This document shows, piece after piece, positions 1-10,000 of a stretch of 64,000 bases of DNA. Position numbers and translations under genes: made by a program. The DNA comes from Perkinsus chesapeaki ATCC PRA-425. Taxonomy: Eukaryota > Protista > Perkinsozoa. Each line of letters starts with the position of its first letter. Position 1 is the stretch's first letter. The stretch lies in the NCBI GenBank assembly GCA_013115145.1, contig JAAPAO010000104.1, forward strand, positions 12,262 through 76,261. The letters run 5' to 3'. The notes below the pieces were generated by a model that had not been told where the DNA came from, ran no database searches, and worked only from the letters and a program-made list of their open reading frames with translations.

Positions 1-269
1 GAATTTTTTCAATCCCCGAGCAAGACAATGCTGTGAAGGTGACATAACCCCCTCTCCCCACCCACTTCAGCTTTTGCCAAATCCGTGCTGAAGACGCCTA
101 TACAGAGCCTCACTGCCGACAACCCGTCGAGGGAATCACCGCTGATATGACTTGGAGCAATTTCGCCTGGTCCCCTGATAAAAGAACCGCATCCCATACC
201 TTGCCACACTAACAACCAAACACCCATCAAGCACTGAAATTGCCTTCACTGATATTATTGAAAAAATAG

Positions 270-1602
270 TTAAAGTTTTCCGGCCAGCGCCATCTTGTAC
301 TGGCCGTTCGCCTGACGAACCGCCAAGTCCAACATGATTTCCTCCGAGCCGCCGGGGATAGCCAGGGCACGCACATCCCTATAGAGCCGCTCCACTACTT
401 CACCAAGGCCACTGCGAGTGTACGCATTGCCTCCGAAGATCTGTGATGCCTCGCGTGCACAATACTCGAACATCTGAAACGGCCAAAGATTCTTCAGAGG
501 TTAAAAGTCGCCTTACCTTAGTGCAGTGCACCTTACACAGTGCCAGCGGCCCGCCCAACATGAAAATTGCTTCCTTGGGCGGCATGGTACAGAGCTGATG
601 CGTAAGGCTCTCCATCCAGCCTTGAGCTCCTTCTATTTGCCGCGCCATCTCCGCCAGCTTCCACCTTATAACAGGATGCTCTATCAGAGGCTTACCGAAT
701 GTCTTGCGCTTCTGAGCGTACTTGAAGGACACGTCATAGAGCAAGCGGCTGAATCTGACAGCCTGGACCACAAAGCCCCAACGCTCGTGGTTGAAGTTGT
801 ACATGATAACCTTGAAGCCTTCGTTCTCTTTGCCCACTATATTCTCCACAGGCACCTTCACATTGTTGAACTCAACGAAGGTAGTGCCGCTTGACCAGAC
901 GCCTTGGCAATCCATCTGCCTCACTGTAACGCCTGGACCCTTCGGAATAAGAAGAACCGATATTCCGTTCATCCCATCAGGACCAGTGCGGACTGCGGTT
1001 GTGAAGTAGTCAGAGAAAACACCGTTTGTTATCCATTTCTTTTCACCGTTCACGATGTAGTGCTTGCCGTCCGCCGTCAACTTGGCCGTAGTGCGGATGC
1101 TGGCCACGTCGCTGCCAGTGTGGGGCTCTGTAATGGCAAGAGAGATGAAGTTCTCCCCTCTCAGGCAGGCTGGAACCACCTTATCTCGGATATGCGGTTG
1201 ACAGAAGTTCATTACGGGCGTGAGGCCAATAGAGTATCCGACAATCAGACCACCAACAACTCCTCCACTGCCACACCTCGAGAGCTCGTCCAGCAGAATC
1301 AGCTCGTGGAAAACGTCATAATTAGCCGGCTTAGGGGCCACAGAGGAATCCACAAAGTCAAAACCGCGTTCGCCAACAACACAGGGCAAAAGTCCAGCCT
1401 TGTAGAGCTTCTTGTAGACTTCGACGGGAACCTTCTTGGCCTCCTCCCAATCCTTCACGTTCGGAATTATCTCTGCATCAACAAATCTTCGGCATCTTTC
1501 ACGCCACGCACGATGACTCTCGTTGTAGTAGGGCGAGTCGTGATCACCGCGGTACCAACTGGGCTCACCGTAGGGTACCAAGCTGCCGAACGGTGGGGAC
1601 AT
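270..1602 (-). CDS. Acyl-CoA dehydrogenase (2 exons; 43-nt intron 474-516)
   Basis: ACAD motifs LAITEPHTGSDVA, YIVNGEKKWITNG, FNHERW, EASQIFGGNAY, IPGGSEEIM. GT..AG intron 516->474 joins ...CTK to MFEYCARE... Start placed at ATG 1602; the upstream in-frame ATG at 1647 is an alternative. Confidence 0.93.
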
Positions 1603-2234
1603 TGTGTGGTTGAGAAAGATACTATATAGGTTAACATTGTCGACCATTCTTGTTACACTACCGTATTGCTACATTCTGAAGTTCAAAATTTGAACCACCC
1701 AAACTTCTCTAAAAAAGCTGCACTTTTAACTCTCCCCACGCCCCATAACGCCAGAGGCACGTATTCGCTCAGCAGGGGGAGTTCACGGTTGGTCAGCACA
1801 TGGCCAATTCTAACCCGAAACGGCTCTCCAGTTTTTTGGTATTTTCTAAATGAATCTACCTTTGAGTCCAAGATTTGCATCTTGAAACATTTAGTCCAAC
1901 TCTTTTGGTTAAAAAGTTGAATATCGAAGATCATATTTGACATATTCGGAATACGCGATATATAGAGTGCTGGCAGCACTGCGCTGCCAGAAAAGCATTA
2001 ATGCAATTCTGGCCCTGCCACGAGACAACATAGTTAGGAAAATGCAAGTGGCTCGAGTTGCGCAAGAATTCGATTCCTTTATCAAAGGCCGCTTTTACTT
2101 TAAGCTCATCCAATCGGTCCTGCAATTTTGAAGCCCAAGTACCACTTGAAGAATATCTATTCTGTAAATTCCAGTTCTTGCATTGACCTTAGTCTCTCCG
2201 CTTTCTGTTGAGTAATCTGGCATCATCTGAGTTG

Positions 2235-2260
2235 CCCCCTTTTTTTCTCTTTTCCCCGAG
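2235..2260 (+). promoter_or_regulatory. Polypyrimidine tract + AG, candidate spliced-leader trans-splice acceptor
   Basis: CCCCCTTTTTTTCTCTTTTCCCCGAG ends 17 nt upstream of ATG 2278. SL trans-splicing is established in Perkinsus and dinoflagellates; its use at this site is inference. Confidence 0.45.
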
Positions 2261-2277
2261 TTCGACACCCCTTAACC

Positions 2278-3938
2278 ATGCTCGGACTGTCTCGTCGTGC
2301 CTTGGGCCCTGCACTCGTTCGTCCGCTCTACCAACGCGGGCTGATGGCAGCATCTACTACCGCCTTCAGGACTACCGCTCCGACCATGTAGCTACAATCC
2401 CGCTCCGACTTTGGTTTCAGGCAGTTCTCTGTGGTAGGTGGTCCAGCGGCGTGCGAGGCTTCGCGAGCATGCCTCCAGTTAAGCCGAACAACTCGTTGGT
2501 GCCTGTCAACGATACGGTGGAGAAGTTCACGCAAAAGGCAAGTCCTGTAGGATGCCTTTCTCGCATCTTGCCACTGTTTAGGTTTCAACTACGGGACTGT
2601 TGCCTGCTTGTAAGTCTAAGATAGCTGAGGTTACTAACAAAAGCGCTATCTTTGAGGTGAGCACTCGAGGATGTGTCTTGATGTTCGTGGGCGTTATTTC
2701 TCCAACACGAATATACGCGATACATTCCCGTCTAATTCTCTATGACCCATAAATTTGCTTAATTACGTCCTCGGTGTAGATTGCTCCATTCAATTCCCAG
2801 TGTAAATTACATTATTACACCGGTCAATTCACGTGAATGAAGCCAGTGGATAACAGGGAACATTTGGTATTGGAATAGAGTAAAGGTACAAAGTATCATC
2901 CTGTTACGTATGCAACGGGCTTGAGATAAGACTCAATCGTGAAACTGGGTATTGCGTCTCATCGCCGTTTGGGCATCGTCGTAACGTAGAGGTTGGTTGC
3001 CATTACAAGGGTTCATTTCAGATATCTGTGGGAGTTGTGGTGGCACAGTACAAGCAGATATTCCTAAGTCTTATGCGTAACATTTTCCAGTCCTTCAGAC
3101 CCTTGCTGATCACCGTCATTATGGGTAGTAAATAATTCCTGCAGCAACTTCGAATAATTTTCTATTTCTACTGCTTGTTATTCCCATTCGTCTGAATGTC
3201 ATATTTATAACTATCATTATTATCTATCATAATATCCAATCTCTTCTTTCTCATTACTCTTATTATTACTCTTCTTGCTATATTTCCGCGCTGAATGGTT
3301 TACCATTTCCACCGCTTTGAGACCGCTACTGCCTTTATCATTCACCATTATCAGCCCTCTCATTCCCATACGATATTTCATCGCTTGGTCTTTGAGAATT
3401 GCCGGGGCTATTGGTGTGTATGATTACGGTGGTTTGGGCTCCTTGTGTGGTGGTTAGGTAACATGCTCAAGATGGCTGCGTTCTTGATGCAATTCCCGAT
3501 ATCATTCTACTCCATATTCTTTTTTGAAGTCTTCTATGGCATGGCACAGTTGGCGATCAGCTTCGTATTTGTGTGTTTCTTCCACAACAACATGAGCCTC
3601 CAAACGAGGGTAGTATCCTTTCGGGTGTGTTTTAGGTAACGTGCTAAAGATGGCCGCATTCTTGCTCCAAATTCCAGTGGGCTTTTACTCCATCTTCATG
3701 TTTGAAGTCTTTTACGGCATTTTCCAGCTCGGCCTAAGTTTCGTATTTGTGTGCTTCTTCCATAACGATGTTAGTATGCAGTCGAGGGTAATAGGGAAAG
3801 AGCAAGGACAGGTTGAATTTTCTGGGGAAGTGTCTTGGCTGTCTGCTGGTGCATTTTGGGTTTTGTTCCTGTCAGGCTCGACAGCAGCTGCTTAGGACGA
3901 TGCGCCGTAACTTGAGGCGGTTCAAGCATATGATGTAG
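2278..3938 (+). CDS. Hypothetical 200-aa mitochondrion-targeted membrane protein with mutually exclusive exon 5A/5B
   Basis: Exons 2278-2387, 2438-2537, 2582-2656, 3022-3124, [3458-3609 or 3636-3787], 3876-3938 give 603 nt in frame. The N-terminus is Arg/Ser/Ala-rich and acid-free (MLGLSRRALGPALVRPLYQRGLMAA...VRGFAS), like a presequence. Exon 5 is hydrophobic. Confidence 0.8.
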
Positions 3939-4080
3939 AGAAGCGAAGCAAGCGTTTTTCAAGAGGCTGGATATTATTGGTGACGATGTAGAGTTTCGTG
4001 TGGGAGTAATGAGGCGTTGTGTTGGTGAAGTTGGTAATACGCATGCGAACGGAGGCAATCATGACAAGCTTGAAGCCTCT

Positions 4081-7000
4081 ATGTCGTACGAAATACGGCC
4101 TACAGACAGGCCGCTGACGGTCGATGCGTTTGTGGATTTACAAAGGGAACTTTTGCCTTTGGAACGCGACGAGGAAATCTCGCAGACAACAGAAGTGTTG
4201 CAGACGCGGTCCAATGCGGAGCTACAGGTGACAGTGAGATCTCGATGGAAAGAGAGCGAACTTGGTCATTAGGATCGAGGAGTGGTGATACTCAAACTCC
4301 TACTGGATTCGGTCTCTACTGGACCTTACGGACGTAATGCACCACTGCCATCATACTGTGTCGTACTGGCGCCGTGCAGGCCCTCTTTTGACGTTCACGA
4401 AGCCATCTGGTCGAGGGGAGCAAAGGCCACTTCTGCCACCCAACAGGTCGGACGCAGTTCCTCTCTGAGACCCTCTAGCTAACCCACTTGATGACCTGTC
4501 TATTAGGTTCACCTCTGGAGACATAGTAGGTGTCTTCAGTGTGTCCGGACATCAAGGATTCAGTGGAGAGCCGGAAGTCAGCGGTGTGGTAATACTAACG
4601 GTAGGGTAGTTTTAATAGGAATACTAAATATTAGGAATAGGAATACCTATATTAAAATAGGAATTACTATGAATAAAATACGGAGTTTTCGTAACCTACT
4701 GCACATTTATTGGCTTCGGGCAGGCAACATGCTCTCGAGACTGGCTGAAAAAGTGCGCTCCCTAGTAATGGTAATGCTTAGTAGATATCAAACGTTAGTG
4801 TTGTGTATCATCGATGTAAGAATATCAACAAAGCTTGCCTCCAATACCGCTCCTCAAGACTGATAGTAGGCACCCTATCTTAAGACTTCCTATACAGGAT
4901 TATGATATAGTGTACAATAAGATGACAGTGCTCATGGAAACACGAACTGAAATGTGAACAGGGGTGGGGTAAGGTATTGGAGCCCGGGAGGCTCAGCCTG
5001 CTCGTCTTCTCAATATGACTGTAGTGTAACGAGGCAGCAGGCTGCTGCCAGCAGCCTTTGCTGTCGCTAGCAGCCGGTTAGGACCTTCTGATCCGGAAGT
5101 CCTCGAATTTCCGCAAATCTGAAGCTCCCCAAAAATATTTTTGAGGCAGAGACGCGTTTTAGGATATGGCTCGTAATTGTCCGAGGGCCTCTGAGTAGCC
5201 TTACGTATCTTAGGTCCACTCGGTCGGGCAGACTTCAGTGGTAGTCGTAGCAGATGACCCGGAACTTGACACTGATAATCTCAAAGTGGGAGGAGGCGCC
5301 CCAGCATACTCTTTGGCGCTTATGGGTACTAAGGATGGGTCTGCGATGGTGCCCGGGATCATTGAAACTCTTCGTTGAGTTGGTTTCGTCGCCATGAGCC
5401 TCCAATAGCGTCTATCGTATTGGGGAATTCCGGATGGTATAAATACGTCTTTGGGCTGCTCCACCCAGCGGAATGTTGTTTATCTAGCTCAGCTGTAGTA
5501 CGTCACTGTTAGCTCGTAGGGCTATCTGTTACGAGATCACTTGAACATCATCATGCATGATCTTCTCTGTATATTCCTGAGAGAAATGTAACAGAGATGA
5601 TCTCAGGAAAGCTTCAATGTTCATGAGGGGGCAACCTGTCTGTCTAGCAATATGCTGTTAATGATTATCTTGAAGCCTGGGCAGCGTGTCACACTTAGCT
5701 TAAATGTTTTTGGTGTTCTTTTTGCACTGGTGGCTGATCAGGTAGTGACGTAACCTACAAGCGGCTCAACAGTGTATTGGACAGACTGGCCAAAAGTGTA
5801 ATGAGCAGGAGTCCATACCGCTCCTTTCTCTGACACCTATTCTTCGCATCATGGTATTCTGGTCAGGTCCACAATCCCATTGTGTCATGCTGCTTCGGTG
5901 AGACGTCTATACCCTCGCTGCATCCTCGGGTCCAGGATGATATCCCACTGACCTATGGTGCTAATCTGAACGAAGTTCAGCGGCGAGCTGTGAGAGTGTG
6001 CTTGGACGCGTCCCCTTTGGCATTGGTCCATGGCCCGCCTGGGACCGGTAAGACTACTGTATTGGTATCGTATATTCTGGAGTCGATCAAAGTAGCTAGT
6101 TGCAGCGCCGGTATTTCAGTTAGTTAGCTACTTCAGATTCATCAGAAGCTACTCGTTTGTGCACCATCGAATGTAGCCGTCGACAATCTGCTGGAGCGAG
6201 TGACATCCGTTGGTGGGATCTCCAATGTGGTGCGCATCGGCCATCCGGCGAGAGTTGGGCAGGGGCTTGAAAAGTAGGGCACTGCTCTTGCTGAGGATCA
6301 CTTGCCGTGGGCTTTCCTATTTATTAGCTGGCTTACGGATGAACTTGTCAGCGGAAGTTCATGTCACCCGTTTCTATTCTCAGCGACGTAGCCTTCAGCT
6401 CATCCAAAATAGTCTGTTTTATCTTCATCTCGACGCTACTGAATGTAGACGAATGGCCTCATTGATGAAGATCTAGCCTGTGAATTGCGTACTTTGCGGC
6501 CACTCTTTTCCTTTGGGCCGTAGTTCAGCGTTCACAAAAATGATGTAAGGAGAGCACGGATGGATCTCCCCGGCCATTGGCCGTTTTCGCACATTTTCCG
6601 AAAGAGTGCCTCTTTCTGTGTTGTTCGTTGGTGGTATGCCGCTTCCCAATTTGAAGGTACACATTGGACGCCAAACTAGCTCGTAGCGATCAGCAGCAGT
6701 TGGTTGGGGACATACGGGGCGAAATCGATAAGTGCATGAAGGAGCGCTTGAAAGCCCGAGAGAAGGGAACTAGACGACGTCTGCAAGGAGAAGTTCGTGA
6801 ACTACGGAAAGAACTGAAGTATATCTCGCCTGAAGTGTCCACTGGATTATGGAAATATGGTATGCCATACCGTATTTCCATAATCCAGTATACCGGGTAT
6901 GCTGCATAGCGAAGATTACCATTACACTGTTCAATTTATGCGTGGAGGGCTCAGCCAGTCTCGTAGCAGCCTTCGCGATGCACGTGGATGATCGATACGA

Positions 7001-10000
7001 CTGAATCTACAGGCCGGCTCATGCGAGACTAGCAAATGTATGCCATAACTCAGATCTCGAGAGCGTCGAGCAGTATCAGAAGTGATTGGGCAGTCAAGTG
7101 TTGTCTTTGCTACTTGTACTGCCGCTGGCGGCCGTGCATTGGCGAGGGCGTTGGAGGATGGTGAGTCAAATGATCGATCTGTTGGCGGAGTGTGCGTAGC
7201 TGTCAAGGAGCGGTAGTTTGAATCTCGCCGTTGAGGGTCGGACAGTAGTCTGTAATTCCGGATTGCCAGTGTCGTTTCTTTAGTATACTCGGAAGGGTCA
7301 GCGAGGCTTTTTGATGTGGTTGTGATCGACGAAGCTGCTCAGGCAATAGAAGCTGCATGCTGGATTCCCCTGTTGATGGGGAAGAAAGCAGTAGGTCGAG
7401 AATATCATCCATCCGGGGAGGGTGTGGATTGTGTTTCGTGTGACATTGTAGGTGTTAGCAGGAGATCATAAACAGCTTGCCGCTACTGTGCTGAGCGAGG
7501 AAGCTGCTAAGAAGGGACTACAAGTGACGTTGTTTGGGAGGCTCATGGAGATGATGGAAGATGCGTCCAAGGAGGAGGGCCGCGAGATGCCCAGTGTGAT
7601 GCTGACTACACAGTGAGTCCTTAAAAATAGCGATACTAAAAAGCCAAGAATTCGGTGATCATATTTACGTATCTAAAAGGTGTCGGAATAACTTCCTGAG
7701 AATGTTATTCGAAAAAAACATATGTATTGGGAACACCCTGTAGTAGCTCTGAGCTACTAGCTCATGAAAAATTCCGATTTAGACTTCCAAACATCGGCTC
7801 AGTGTCAGTGTTGTCCTTTTCGCGCGGCAGAATTTTGCGGGTTCTATCACAACTCTCAAAATCACGAATCTAGCTAATGATTCATGATAATCGTCGTGTG
7901 AGCTGCAATCGCTCCCCTTGACCCGAAGTAGCCCCTAAACTTGTCTCGGGACCTGCTTAAATCACGCCGCATCTTCAACGCGCCGCGGTTACGTCAACTT
8001 TATATCAGATATCGAATGAACCAAAGCATTATGGGCTGGAGCAACTCTCAGTTCTACAGCGGGCACCTCATCGCCGATGACTCTGTGAAATCGCGAACAT
8101 TAGCAGAGCTAACACAGAAAGGTAGACCTCGAACCTCTGACGATTTCGAGCTTGCGGATCGCTCGTGCCAGTCCTGCCGCCTGCTACGATAGAGTCCCTC
8201 GGACCATGGGTGGATGACGACCTTCTCTCCAGACCACTATTGTGGATAGATACAGCGGGTATTAAACTCGGTCGGGAGTGTGTTTGTTGTCGGTGGTCTT
8301 TCGATAGGCGTTGATTGGATGCACGAGGATGAAGTCGGAGAGGAGGAGTCCCGAAGTAACAGCAGCGAGGCGACCATCGTGGTCAAGTACGTCTGGCTTC
8401 TAGCCAGTGTGGTCCGTCTTGGGAGTTCCGCGTGATTCAGGTATATAGAATACCTCCGAGCCTCTGGTATAGGGAAAAATCAGACGGCTGTGATAAGCCC
8501 TTATAATAGGCAAGTAGGAATGATCAGAGAAGCGCTGAAGAACTCTTTCAATGAGGTGATTTTCATGGGTCTGGTCTCTTCATCGTCCAAGTGTCCTTCA
8601 GGTCGACGCTTCTTTTGTATCCACGGTTGACTCGTATCAAGGGCAGGAGCAGGAAGTGGTGGTTTTGTCCCTGGTTCGGTCAAACGATGAAGGTAAGGCT
8701 ATTCTAAGAACATATGTCGTATATGTGGACTCCACATTGTGGAGTGCGCAAAAAACACTAGTGAGCTGCTCGAGTATGAAAAATTATTATTATCTTTTTC
8801 TTGCATTTGCCGTTTCGTTTTTGAATGCTATGCAGGCTTTACTAAATCGAGTAACTCGAATCGAGTTTTAATCTGGAAGAGAAGAGATCAAATCAATATA
8901 ATCCAGATCAAGTGACATTTAGTTAGGTGATTGCTCTGGGGTACTGTATATAGCCGAATATAGTAACCCGAATATATTGAGCGTTGAAATTTACTGGGTA
9001 AATTCGGAAAACGCTATAATTCAAGGAGGAGCAAGAGTTTGAACACGAAATTAATATAAAAAAAGAGGCATGTATATTTTTCGTAACGATTCAAATCGAT
9101 CACCGCTGCGTCCGGCTAGGGCGAGCGAAAAGTCACCTTGCCACTGCTACCCACCGTCCAAATTTACCAGGCAGCGCGACACGTTGGGTATTTACACAAG
9201 AGGAACTCCGGACTATATCAACTTACATGCACCAATATACCTTCCTTCACTCTGGAAGATACGCTCTACCCTACTGTCCACCGACCAGGTCAGGTAACCA
9301 CTGACCCAGGCTTCTCATCGTCTGGCTATCCATCGCCTGGATACTGGGTCGAGTTGAACAATATGACTTATACTGGGTGCCGGTAAGATACAGGCCCCTG
9401 ATGATCGTTTAGCCAGATTTGGGGACTGAACTTCAGTCACCGGAGGGCTGTAGCATTACTATTAGATTATAGCCCACAGGTGTTCTATAGGTTTCATTCC
9501 TGGGCTATTAGCCAAACCTTCATCAGACGCGGCCCACGGAGGCTTCTTCTCTCCGAGCATGGCTGAGTTAAGGCTGGCTATGCGATGAATCGTTGTCCTG
9601 TTGCAGGACTCCTCAGGAGTCACAGTGACTCCTGTATAAGTTTGCGTCTGCGTTCACGCGCTGCCGTCTTTGACTTATACCAAGGAATGAAATCTCGTTG
9701 GAGAGTCTTCGTGTCTCTAAAGCTCATTATGAGCTATATCCACCAATTTACCTAAGCTCATTTATTAGAGGTATGAGCTGCTCATACCTATTACACTTCA
9801 GTAATGCACTCTGACTCGCTCTTTGACTCATTGAACTCTGAAACCGCAGGCAGCCTCTATGGGGCAGGCTCTATACTAGAGCAGTGGTGTACTAGTAAGA
9901 TGACCTTACTAAGGTCATTAAACCCAATCAAAGACGCCTTACCCTATTCTCACTCTTCTGCCTCAAGCTGCTTTCCCAAAGCCTCCGTAGCCGCCATGGA

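Noticed and set aside
9-230. 73-aa minus-strand ORF at the window edge
   Set aside because: No recognisable motif; it may be UTR or fragmentary exons of a gene outside the window.
526-1629. Plus-strand ORFs 526-894 and 904-1629
   Set aside because: Antisense shadows of the acyl-CoA dehydrogenase. The same applies to 29073-29591 over the protease pseudogene and to many ORFs antisense to dynein exons.
1683-2125. Two adjacent minus-strand ORFs resembling a broken gene
   Set aside because: Protein-like but unassignable to any family by eye; interrupted by a palindromic insert at 1966-1990.
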